Of a stretch of 64,000 nucleotides of DNA, positions 12,307-24,681 are shown piece by piece; the first letter of the stretch is position 1; every line of letters begins with the position of its first letter. Both the position numbers and the translations under genes were made by a program. The stretch lies in assembly GCA_010093815.1 (NCBI GenBank), contig ML996573.1, one strand, 5' to 3'. The notes below the pieces were generated by a model. The model saw only the letters and a list, made by a program, of their open reading frames with translations, did not search any database and was not told where the DNA came from. This DNA is from Pseudovirgaria hyperparasitica. Lineage: Eukaryota.

Positions 12307-14073
12307 TCAACCTACGCGAACTCGCAGCCCGTTACTGTCCAGCTTCGACTCTGGGATAAAGAAATCGTGCTTGAACGTCACGTCGCTCGCGTCTGTCTCG
12401 AACATCTCAAAGTCGAACGATCGGAATATGCTACCCATTGTAAGAAACAGCTCCGCCCACGCCAGGCTAGAGATTTTGTCAGTCAGCAAAGTTCATGTGC
12501 ATATATGATGGGACTTACTTTATGCCGATACACGCTCGCGGACCTTTGCCCCAGGAAACGAGATAGTGATCAAGTGCTTCGCCATCAGGTGCACGTGGAC
12601 TATTAAGCCAGCGCTCCGGTATAAACTTGAACGAGTCCGGAAAGATGTTCTCATCATGGTGCACGTCTATTGTCGTCATCGAGATTGTCGTAAAAGCTGG
12701 AATGGTCCATCCGTGGAGATGCATGGGACGATCATGCTGTCGTGGATTTCTCGCGGTAATACCGTATGATAGACGTACGGCTTCCTGGATGCAAGCCTTG
12801 AGATACGGTATTTTCTCAAGTTCAAGTAGGTCAGGAACGATATCGTCCCCAGGTAAAGCGCTTTTGAGCTCCTGCTTGAGAGTCCGATGGATAGCCGCGT
12901 TGTTGATGATGTGGAATGCCCCGACCATGAGAGTAAAGGCAACTGTTGTGACACCAGCTCCGACGATGCCGAATGCCTCGTCTGTTAGGCGTGCCTTTGT
13001 CTTTTCTTCTGGAGGAAGGTCGCTGTTCAAGATCTCCTGAAATACTGTGCGCTCATATCGTTTTTCATGTGGATGGTTGCCTCGGATCACACGATCCAGC
13101 AGATCCGACAGGTTCTGTGGTCTCGTCAGTGGGATTGCTTGCTGGCTTCAGATTGAGCTCACCCTTCGAAATAGTAACAGACTTGACATCTTCGACTCCA
13201 TCATTTCGATCACTGGAGCTGGCAAGGAGAACGCAAGTGAAAAGAATGTTGGAAAGAACGTTCCGATGTGCCCCATGTCACCACTAGTCATCAATGCTTC
13301 CCGAAACGACTCGAAATTATCCTTTCCTACGTGGTTGTAGTTGAAACCGAACGCATAGTCCATGATGATGTCTCCGGTCACGGCACAGAATCCATCGCTC
13401 AGAGTGACTGGCTTACCAGCCCTGCGATATTCATGTATTCTCTCTACGAGGTGCCGAACATGTTGCTGAACGATGCCCTGAAATTCAAGGATCGACCGTC
13501 GAGAGAACCTATCGATCATGAGATGGCTAACAAAGATTGTTTTATTGTAAACCCACAGTGGATTCAACACCGCCCGTCTCTGTCGATGTATCACGTGGGA
13601 TGGCGTGGCAATCATAGCCCCTGGATTTCCAAATCGATTCTCCCAACCTGGCCTGATGACTCTCTGGTTCTTTGCGTAAAGCTCGTCATAAAATAAACTG
13701 TCTCTGACGTGCTACTCAGGGGTCAACTGGAATACATTTGCGTAGGTGACTCTATTGCAGACGCACCAACTCATCTGGGCCCACGCGTACAACAGGACCT
13801 GGTCGACAGTGAGTGTTATCATCTAACTTTGATATTATATTTCATCATACCATACTGGTCATGAAACTCCTGTATCTTTTCATAGTACGTGCCCTTTCTC
13901 ACTATCTCATAGTATGCCTCGTACCATCGTGAGACTGCTACGATCTTGTGACCAGGAAACTTGGAAAGAGGATGATAGTATAAGCGCCATACTATCATGT
14001 ACGCAACGTATGCTGCCCAGACTAGAAGCAACGATGTTGCACAGACCACTGGAGTAAGAGATATCTCTACCAT
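12307..14073 (-). CDS. Cytochrome P450 (trichodiene oxygenase/CYP58-like), multi-exon
   Basis: N-terminal TM helix + HPLSKFPG, I-helix GAGVTT, EAVR (ExxR), PERW, heme motif WGKGPRACIG; several GT-AG introns. Confidence 0.92.
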
Positions 14074-15943
14074 GGCTCGATTTCGTTCTGTCGAACGTCG
14101 CTGTGCTCGACTAGATGTACTGTGTGGACTTGATATTTGGCTGTTTCGGTTCGATTTCACAAAGCCATTCGCCAGTCATCAAACCGTACATACGATCTAC
14201 AGCGTCGTTTAACGGCAAACGAATAGTCGAAACCCCATTTCCTGCATCCGCAGACCTCTCACTCTTTATACACTCCTCGTGCACCACCTGTGGCGCCTCC
14301 GAAGAGACCGTCCTGGCAACGTAGCAGTACGTATCCAGAAGTAGCCCACCATCGGACCAAATCACGTCTACGCCATCTCTCCACCACCGAGATAAGACTA
14401 CCAATCATGACTTTGGTCCGCAGTACAGTATCTGCGCACCTATTGTGACGCGGGCGGTGGCTGTAAACCGCACTCCACTGCGCGCGCCAGACGCACCAAC
14501 CGGCCAGCCCGTCCGTGGGTCGTGCCGCATGGCTGCATAGGGATGCATGTCAAAAACGAGCTCGAATCCGCAGCAGCAACATCGACAGCGGACTGTTTGT
14601 TTTGCGGTGTGGAACCTCGATACGATGGCTGTGGGTATTCCTATGCAAGGCCAAAAATCGCGAAGGATTGCTTTGTGTCGGGACGCAGGCATGCAGGATT
14701 CGATCCGATCTGCAGATATATGCATGCACGCATGCGGACTCGCGCACGTCCTGGTTCAATGAAATCTCACGAATATATCACCACCAACACACCGGAACTC
14801 TATTTACACACGGTCTGGTCTTGGAGGGTGGTTGCCTGGCTCTGGGTTCTGAGACCGGATGTGTTTGTGAGCTTCATCTCCTATTTGCCATTGAGCCTGT
14901 CATACCCGCTCAGCTAACATCTATCTCAAATCAAACAAGGCAACTCCTTACTGCCTTGGCTATCAAATCATGTCTTCTGCCCCTTGCCTCTCCGGACCAG
15001 AAGCAAGTAAGTCAGCGCAACCTGCACTGGCCGCCCGTGCCCTTACGGACCAGTCTCCGTATAGTCCAGCTTGCATTCCACACCGCAGTGAAAGTCTGAC
15101 AGTCTTTGGTACGGGGAAAAAAATCGGCATGCCGTGACAGGGGTCCATCCCTTTCTCTCTAATGTGGCGCAATGTGTAATGTATGTATGTGTATTTGTTT
15201 TATTGTATAGACATACCTCTATCATATACACGATATGCATAGAAAGTGCTCTCTTTCTCTTTCTCTCTCACACAAACAAACAAATAAACAAATAGGACAG
15301 ACAGACAGACATAAGCGCAGACCTGTATTGTCAATATCGTAAACTGAACCCAAATCGTACGCGAAAATAGTTGATTAAGCTTTAATTGACTTTGTCAATT
15401 TTCGGCATTACTCAGCCTTGCACATTCATATGATTTTTTGTCCTCACGTGTCTCGTGAACTCTTAACTGTTGCTATCACGCACTTTTAGCTCTTTTTCCG
15501 GCGACTTACTCGGGGGCTGCGGGCTAACAGCTGTATTGGACCGTACCGTATGCTGTCCGATAATATTATGTGTGATGTCTGTTCAACTCTGACAGGCATG
15601 GTCATGTTTTAGCTTCTGGGGACTCGAGACATTAAGTATATTCAGGACGGGCGGGACGTATCTCGCGCCTCGGATTGTTGGGAGATGAAAAGCAATGTAA
15701 GGACGCTCAATCAGTGACTGCTACTCCTGGGTACTAGAAAGGCCGGTTAGTTCCACAACCTACGAGTTCTTTGATATTCTCGCTATGTTGTGCCGAGAGC
15801 TATGTAGCCGCTCGAATCTGCAGAGGGCCATTATGGAGAGTCATCATAGTCGCACAGGTAAAGCAGGATTGAAATGGTTCTGATTACCATCTATGGGGCA
15901 TCTATTGGTGTGGATATATCTATGGCTCTGCTAGTTCTCCGTA

Positions 15944-18860
15944 CTATGTAGTCCATCGTGCATTAATCTGCTTCCTTTTAACCTGGTAGTTGTTAGTATT
16001 TTTTCCGCAACATCCATGAATTATTACTCACCAGCGGCGCTACCACCAACACGCCAACGCCCAAAGCAGCGACAGTGAGTAGCATTTGCGGCTTGTTAAA
16101 GTCTTTCCCGAGGATGTCAAACGTAAAGCTTGGGGCTACCCGTGTTCCGAATACATCCAATCCGTATGCGAACACAAGACTGGTACTTTCGAGGGAGGAC
16201 GGTGTGGTGATGACATTCTTGATGCCAAATACCTCGCGCTTGTGGTTAAGATACCACTTTGGGTCAAACTCAAGATTAGGCGCATACTTCATAAGGCCTT
16301 CGCTGGCCTCTGACGCGGTGGGATCCCTTCCTATGGGACGGCGAGGATCAACAATCTGGCGCGGGATTCCCACCACTGCATGCGATTGTGGAAGGACAGC
16401 CAGAATTTGACGCGAAGATATTCCTTGTTTAGTGTGTGTGACGGACATGTGCGAGATCTCCTCTGGGATGTGGTAGGTTTGAGATTTGGCGTACGGCTTT
16501 GAGATGTCTCCGACTGTTGACGAAGGATCAGTGCTTGAAAAGTTACCGGATGCTGCGAGCGGTCCACGATCGTTGGGAAGGGACGATTCGAATAGTTCAG
16601 CAATTACCAATTGATGACCTCGAGAACCAACCGACGAGGATGCAGACGTGAAAGAATACGCCAGCCAGTTTTCGGACACCGTCGAGGCAATGAACCTTGT
16701 TGTGTCGACATCCCTATGGCTAGCGGAATATAGTACATTACCAGAAACTGAGTCGAGTAGGTAGACGGACGCGGTGCTGGTAATCTCTGACACTCCAGTG
16801 ACAAGAACGAGGTTAGCGTTGAGATACTTGTACAGCACGCGACGATCTCCAAGAACTTTACCAATAGATGCAACAGGGTCGTCTAGAGGCCTAGCTGCGA
16901 TTCCATGGATGCGTTCGCCGTCCAACGGTTTAAACTGCCATACCACCTCGTCAGGTCGGCCAAAAATATGGCCTTGCAACTCGCCATCCTTCAAAGTGTA
17001 CTCGACAACAGTGCTAAACTGACCAGTGGGCACTGTCGTCACAATATCACTTTGCAAATTATTTGATTCTCCGGTCAGAGCGTTGACGATGATTGGGGTG
17101 CTTAGACGTGGATCAGTGATCTGTACACGGCCGTTTGGAAGTGAGGTCAGCTGTGGAGCTGTGAGCTTGGAGCCCGGTGCTATACTTGAAACATCGACAT
17201 TCCATAGAACTTTGCCTTGGGCTGCAGTATCTAAGGCGATGAGACGATTTCGAGCGGTTGCCAATATCACTATCTTCCCGAACCCAAAGGAGTCCTTCTT
17301 GATGCTGTCAGGTGATATGGTCGCTCCGCCAAAGCTGGCCATCAGATTCGTTGGTAAGCTTTGGAACCATGTGGGAAGATGGCGTAGGTCATCAATATGT
17401 CTCATCAGACGATGAATAAACGCTGACACCACGTTCTGATGACCTTCAATGTCCAACTGCTGGGCCAATGTTTCTGCTTCTGGGTAACTGGTAAATACGG
17501 CGGATAAAGTGCTAGCTAGAGCTTCTGGTCGGGTCCATAGTGATTCACCATTGCGAAGCAGAGACCAGTCTCCATTAGAGAAGAGTATGGCAGATCGCAC
17601 AGCTTGCGCTGTATTCGAGCGAACGACTGCTTCTGTTACACCGTATAACGGATAGGCGTCGCCCTCAGTGGAAGCGCCTAGAACCTTCCGGTTCCATCTC
17701 CCTACAATACCGTGAGATGCGGAAGAGTAGATGATCATCTCCTCAGTCGTCACCCTCGTGAAGTATACGTTAGCATCAACGGTGCTTGTGGAGAAGGCAC
17801 CATTTCCAGACATGTTGGGAATGTCATATGCTTTCGAAATAGTACCCTTATTTACATCAACATGATAGACCTCCGCCCATTGGCTCAGCGAGGTCTGATA
17901 TTGGACCAAGAAATGAGGTAATGATGTTATTCTTGAGGGCGCGTGGACGGTGACGCGCTCGATCTCTCCAGATCCTTTGTTCTCGATGTTGAAAGAAGCA
18001 ACCCCTTTGGTGCCTATGATGTTGATCTTGAGAACTTTGTGGGCCTTATCCGCCCATACAAGCAGCGGTGATGCAGTGTTGGCTCCGGCGAACAGAATCG
18101 ACTCCGGAGAAGATACTTCGCTGTCGGAGCTCAGCGTGTACGAGTCCAGCTTGTCCCCGTTCACCGGACTCAATGACGAAACCTTGATCTTGTACCCGCC
18201 CAGAAACGTACCGTGATGCGCTATATAGTAAACGCTGGTCGCGGAAGAGGAAAGTTGGAAGGGCACGTCTCCACTGTGGAATGTGTTAGTTATAATAAGC
18301 GTTTGAGCTCTGTAGGCGTACCTGGTGTCTGCAAATTGCCATTTGGTTTTCCCAGTAGCACCATTCAGCCGCATGACAGTAGGTGTTTCGCCTTCCATTA
18401 GCACTATGGCATCTTTGCTTGTTGACGCCTGCTTCCCATCCTCGAAATCGATAATTTCTGCGTCTTTAATTCTTGAGGTACCAAGCTGTTTCTCCCACAC
18501 CATTCGACCATCGGATGAGCTCCATGCTGCTACCTGCCCATCCACCGCGCTTATAAGAGTATCTTGACCCTCACCAGCCGCGAGAAAAGTTTGCGAAGAG
18601 TTGGTGCTGGGTGTCAGCAATTGCCTCCACACGACGGACCCATCTTTGGGATTTATAGCCGCCAACACATTATGGGCTGATAGGGTGTATATGAGAGATG
18701 CCTTGGAGCCGGCAAATGGCTGCTGGAAGAAGGTTGCGTGTTGTTGAGGCTGGCCTACTAGAGCCCAGTGGTAGTCGACGTGATAGGCGTCATCAGCGAA
18801 GATGGCTTGCACGGTCGGAATGAGTATAGCCGGGAGGAGGAGTAATTCTTGAAGGCGCAT
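15944..18860 (-). CDS. EMC1: ER membrane protein complex subunit 1
   Basis: Signal peptide, PQQ-like propeller N-terminus, VLGDRRVLYKYLNAN, LESTSLVFAYGLDVFGTRVAPSFTFDIL, C-terminal TM; in-frame intron near 18.3 kb and last intron 16031-15983. Confidence 0.93.
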
Positions 18861-19971
18861 TGTTCATGGGTCGCGAAGTCGGGGAGACAACGCTGTTGCA
18901 GATACAACCATTATGCTATGCCACCAAAAGTTCACGTAGAGCCGGAACTCGGCCAATCGTTACCCCGAAACTACTTACTACTCACCAGCCTCAATCATCG
19001 TTACTTCTACGTCTAAATACCTTCCGCAGGCCTCGAAACTTCAGAACTGACACTTGGTGACACCCTCGCGTAAGAAGAATGGAATCCCATAAAGAAAGAT
19101 GGTCTGTCAGTATACATCAACAGGACACGCACCGTCCTACTAGAGTCATCGGCGGCATTCGAAACGCAGGCCGCTAAAATCAGTCACGCATTGGCCGATA
19201 GAGTGCCCGTCACGCTACAAATGAAACTGAGACGTCAGCTTTGCTCTAGAAGTCCAGCGCCCCATTGGTAATGTGATTGTGAAACACAGCCGGCCCCAGG
19301 CATAGAATGCCCGTCCTATGAAACGCTATCTGAGTCGCGAGATGTCTATGAACCCTTCTCTGAAGAAAGCTGTATGTCATGATTTGTGAAGCCGCAAATA
19401 TGACGTGTGACGGAATGTGCGTGTGTAGCAGCCACAAGACAAACAGTACCGCACGACTTTCGTAAAGCTTGAATGGTCCATTGTTACTGTGTCTTTCCAA
19501 TACCAAGGGTGATAGACGTTATTTGAGACGAAGCGAAACACAATCTGTCTGACCGATTTCCACATACTTGACGTGTGTGATTGCAACACTGAGGACGACG
19601 CTGTTAGAAAGCAATAAAGACGTCGTCAGCCAACCAACAGTAGACGGCTCAAGGATCATCTTCTAGCTACGTCAGGCATAGCTTTGCGAGGCGCATGTTG
19701 GTAAGGCAGACGCCAGTCGTTATATTGGTGAGATACGTAGCGGCTAAAATAGTGGACAGTTCCACTTTGGGGCGTGTGGCGCTAGGCTCCAGGCCATCGG
19801 TCATCATTCCCATTCCCTTGGCCCCTCGCCGCCTTCCACAGCATCTCTCGCTCTCTCTTACATACCTCACGACCTCCCTCATACTCCTCTCCCTTCTCTC
19901 ACCACCACTTTTAAACCCACTGACTGACTTGACGACTTCATTTTATTTTATATCCCAACTCTAGGGCCATC

Positions 19972-21231
19972 ATGCCTTCCTTCCCTTTTGTCGTTGACGG
20001 AGTTTCGAAGCTAGCCGTTCGCGGTTACAGCTTCGGCGCCGAATACTTGAACAACAACGCTCTCAACAAGCGTGGAGATGAGCCTCCAAAGTTCCCTGAG
20101 ATGCCCGCCTGGGGCGCTGCCATCATCGGAGCTACTGCGCTCTTCTTCGTCTTTTTCTTGGCTTCTGTACGTTGACTACTCTGTGATGAAGCTCCATAGC
20201 GTGCCTGACTCTATTATTAGATCCAATACACCATTGGCGATGTCATCAGCACCCTAGCGATGATCGAAACACCCGCTGCTGAAGTCACCTTTACTGAGTC
20301 CGACGAGCCGGATAACACGCTGGACAAGGAGCAGAAGGAGCACCTTCTCGAGACCTCCCCAACCGTCACCATCGCCCCTATCAAGCCGATCACGTCCAAT
20401 ATCAGAGGCACAATCAAGCACCTCAGGTCCCAAGCAGGTCGAACATCCAGGTGGCGTGGTATCGTACCAGCTGTCATCTACAGCTTTCTCGTGTCAATCT
20501 CTTTCAACCTCGTACAGGCGATTATCCCGGGAGAGTTCGGTCTTCTTCGCATGCCTATCGTGAACTCCCTTGCCGCGCTGCCTCTCGCTCGTCTACACAT
20601 GGCCTGGACCCACGCCATGATCTCTCAACCATCCAACCTCCGCTGGTACCAACGCATCCAGCCCCTGTCCTCGTACAAGCAGCTTTGGCTTCCAACCATC
20701 GTCTCGCACTCTGCTGCGATATACGCTGTCTACGCCACCGGGTATTTCGCCGTCTTGATCAGCCAACTGTTCCTCAGCGATACCATGGATGCACTGACCG
20801 AAGGTAAGGCCGTATCTGGAGCTGCTATTACTGGCTCAATCCTCAGCGTGTTCGCCATCTTCTTCTTCGCCGTATTCGCTGGACTTTTCATAGTACTCCC
20901 AGCACATGTCACACTAGTGCGGATCGAGGCATCGCTTCTCCCTGAAGATCAGGACACCATCGTACCTTTCGATCGCTCTTTTGGTGGAAAGGTTGTTCCC
21001 AAGGTTCTTGGGGGATCCGGTGCTGTCGGCTTTCTGGACGCATGGAAGACCTTTAACTGGGAGGCCCGTCGCCGCTTGATCAAGCTTTACGTCAAGAATG
21101 CTGCTATCCAAATGATGACGGTCTTCACCTTCGTGCATTTGATAGCCTTTGAGGCACTTGCAATCATGGGCAAGGATATCAAGCACTACATGTGCAAGAT
21201 GAACAAGTATCAAAAGGAGCACTCTCAGTAA
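19972..21231 (+). CDS. Conserved fungal multi-pass membrane protein of unknown function
   Basis: Exons 19972-20166 and 20221-21231 join in frame; motifs HMAWTHAMIS and LVRIEASLLPEDQDTIVPFDRSFGG; several hydrophobic helices. Confidence 0.85.
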
Positions 21232-22291
21232 ATCACTGAGTCTCTGGCATAGCTAACGTACTTACTGCACCGGTTACATTGCTCCTTGGTCGAACCAATC
21301 TGTACTACTACGACAATCCTGTAGAACCGTAACAGAATGAATCGTGTAAGCGAATACTGTCCTTGTTTTACGACTCTGCACCAGGAATTTGGGATGTGGT
21401 GGCAAATTATTGCAATTAGAATGACCATGTCTCATCTCTGCTATTGATGTGATGTGTGCAAAACGTTTACTAATTAACGCCCCCATTGATCAACATTGTT
21501 CATTCAAGGCATTACATGATGACCATAGATGTTGCCGTCCACATTATACTAGTCATTCCCTTCGCGAGCAGTTAGCCAGCTTCGACTCATATGTAGTATT
21601 GCCAATGCTGCGCCTAATCATTTTGTGCCGACCTGGACAGCACCGAACAGTAAGGGTTGGCGAGGTGAGGCGAGGGTGAGAGGTCGAGGTTGTGGAACAA
21701 TGGAATGTTGGATCTTCAGATTCGGCTTGTCCTGATAGGCTAGGATATTCTGAATAATAGTATTCGCACTCGGTCAAAAGGGGCTCTTTCTATCAAGCAT
21801 TGCTATTCGTTAGACAAGCCATCCTTTCAGAATGGTTGTGATGTTCAGCTGTAACATGATATCAGACACAGTTTCGTTGCACACACGAGGCTCTGTGAAT
21901 AGCTTAAGAATAGGAGAATCCATATATTAGCTTCCCATTATCCCATTCCATTCCATTCCATCCTATGTCTTTCACGAAAACCAAAACATAAGATGTCGCT
22001 CATAATCATGTTCCATGCCGGCTTTTCAGAGATAAGGAAATAGGGACAACCCGTGTAAGAGGATAAGAGGTTAAGAGACTGCAATGTCGCAATGTGAGCA
22101 AGCATGCATTAATGGGTCTAAACGAGAGGTGAGAGTCGCGTAGGTATCGAGATGACTCGCAGAGCCAGGAACAGTGGTCGAGTGCCAGATACGCTGCCTT
22201 TGAGGCTCTCAGACGCTACCATGAGGCTGCAATAAACTGATGTGTCGACTATTTGGCAGTCTCATAGCACAGTCGTAGCGGTGACATGCAT

Positions 22292-23881
22292 TCACAAGGG
22301 CTCCGCAACCGGGTGAACGGCCGGCTTGGCACCAAGAGGCTCGATTGGAGTGGAACTCGGAGCGGAAGGCAATGGGTCTTGTTTTGGAGCTGATGGGAAA
22401 TCTTGCTTCTTCGGAGCTGGGTTTGGCGAAGTAGCGCGGCCCATTATTCCTTGCGCCTTGGAAGAATACTCCCCAGCATAGTTCTTGATGGTCTCTGAAG
22501 CTCGGCCAGTGTGCTGAGCGGCAAGATCCTTAAATTGACTGGCCTGCGCTCCGACAACTTCACGCCCCTTTGCCAGTTGAGAATCGATAAGCTCCTGGTT
22601 TGAGATGTAGATCAAAGGTCCCATGTACAAGACAGTAGTTCCGATCAAAGAGAGGCCCCAGAGCGGTGTGAACTTGATGAGCCAGTATGCGAGGAGAGCG
22701 GACACAAAGGACTAGATTGAGTTGTTAGTAATAAGAACAAGGCTTCGCATGGGTGTACAGCATACAGCACCAGTAGCATAAAGATTCTCAGCGAAGACTA
22801 TTCGCTGGAATTCAATGACGAAGAAGTTGATGAACTGCTCAACATCGTCTAGAAGGCGCTCAAGGGAAGCCTTGGGGATGGTAAAATACTTCTTCGGGCG
22901 CATCTGTGAGGTCAACCCATTGCCGAAGACAAGTTTTCCAGCACCTTCTGCAGTCGCGGTCACTATTGCCATTAGTCAAGTCCTTTGCTATTACTGCCTC
23001 CACACTGAACATACAGCCAAGAACGATGTAGATTCCCTTGAAGATATAGCGGAAGATAGGAAGATATCTGGCCATGAAGATGAAGGTGACAGCGGCGGCA
23101 TACGAGATGGCGGTAGCACGAGGATTCTTCCACTACCCCGAGTTAGTGATATATGCTAAGTTGCCTATAACTATGACCACTTACGCTCAACAGACGGTAG
23201 AACATGGAGTGGTAGTCTAAAGATTGGTAAGCTGGTGTGACCATAAACAGCACTTCATTTGTGGCTCACGAGTCAAGGGCTGTCCTGTAGCTGCCGGCTG
23301 ATCAGGAGTTTGACGCGAAGCTGCAAGATCCGCAAATTCATTCTTGGTGATAGCGCTTTGCTCCTTGACATTCTGGCCAACAGGACCTTTTTTCAAATCA
23401 GTATATGCACTACGAAATTTGGTAAAGGCAATCTGAGAACCATTGTCAGCTTGGGCTCGTATGAAAGGGTATATCCGTTGCATGAACATACCTCACCGCC
23501 AACAATGGCATCCTTCGCGCTCTGCGTGGTTGGGTGGTTGTTTACGGCACTCATGGTCGACTGGGCGGCTGGGTTGAGGGTTAATGAGATTCAAAAGGAG
23601 AGGTCGTCGGAGAGGTGCAGATAAGACTGTGATGCAACCGGAGTTAGCTGGGGCTCGGCAAGTAACAACAGGGATAATGGAGCTCTCACCTCACAAGCTA
23701 ACAAGCTGTCTTTGAAGTTTGTGACACCGTTCGAGGAGGAGGTAGCACCGTCAAGTTGAGCAGGAGCAGGAGTAGAAGTGTTGGTGATGGAGTCGGAGGA
23801 AATTGTATCAGATGGGACTGTGTCGGAGGGAACTGTGTCGGATGTGTCGTGGACGTCCACGTCAGGACGAGGTTCGGCCAT
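22292..23881 (-). CDS. Reticulon-like protein (RtnA/Cwl1-type)
   Basis: Exons 23881-23695, 23568-23497, 23386-23270, 23216-23185, 23132-23015, 22962-22766, 22711-22292 give ...GPVGQNVKE...GQPLTHYHSMFYRLLSWKNPRAT...NFFVIEFQRIVFAEN...PLIYISNQELID (reticulon domain). Confidence 0.92.
23387..23496 (-). other. Predicted [D5,6] stwintron 2 of the reticulon gene
   Basis: GTGAG|GTATGT..GCTGAC..CAG|A: removing the 59-nt internal intron (23491-23433) creates donor GTGAGA of a 51-nt external intron (ACTGAT..AAG ending 23387). Confidence 0.72.
23569..23694 (-). other. Predicted [D5,6] spliceosomal twin intron (stwintron) 1 of the reticulon gene
   Basis: GTGAG|GTGAGA..GCTAAC..CAG|T: removing the 63-nt internal intron (23689-23627) creates donor GTGAGT of a 63-nt external intron (ATTAAC..CAG ending 23569). 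Confidence 0.8.
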
Positions 23882-24681
23882 AGCTAAGAACGGCTGTCAA
23901 GGTGCAGTCGGATGATATCCACAGGAAGTCGAGACCGCAACAGCAACGTTGAACTTGCGATATAAGGCAAGGGTATATGACAGAGGTTAAAGTTGATGCT
24001 GTAAAAGAGCAAGAAGTGGGCACGGAATCTATTATGACCAAAAGATTTTGATCGAAGGGGGGTCGCGTGCTTGGTGCCTGTGAAATTCAGGTCTATGCAG
24101 GAATGACGAAACACTTGCCAACATTATTATGGGGAGCTCGTCACTACTAACGTACATAGGTGCCCGCCCGCCGACCACCTAATAGCTACCTCACTACCCT
24201 CTGCCAGTAATTGTTCGGATTCCAAGATCCACCATAGCTGTCAAACTTGTCAAGGATTAATTAAAATGAATCCCCGGCTCACGCTCTACAGCCAATTTCT
24301 TGTACCTCTGACCAACTGAACTGTCGATAATCGCAACACGCACACACGATTTTGGCAGATGCCAACTTTTCAGGCGCCATGTTTCCAGTGGGTGGCTTGT
24401 ACTAGTTCCGCATGTGGGAGTCGCTTATCGGAGTAGTACTATGTTGCTAAGATGGATCCATCCATTCCTCTCCTATTGGCTATTTGAGGGCAAGCACCAC
24501 GAACGTTTGTTTGGGAGACGGAGAGGTGGACCTCAACGCTGTCAGCCTTGTTTATTACCTGACCATTCAAAGCCACCCTCTACCAAAGCTTCGCTATGAA
24601 TCGCACGATAATAGTTATATACAGGCCAGGTCTACACGTCTATCGAGATTTGCCTAGTAGCTTACACGCGTCTAGCGATTT

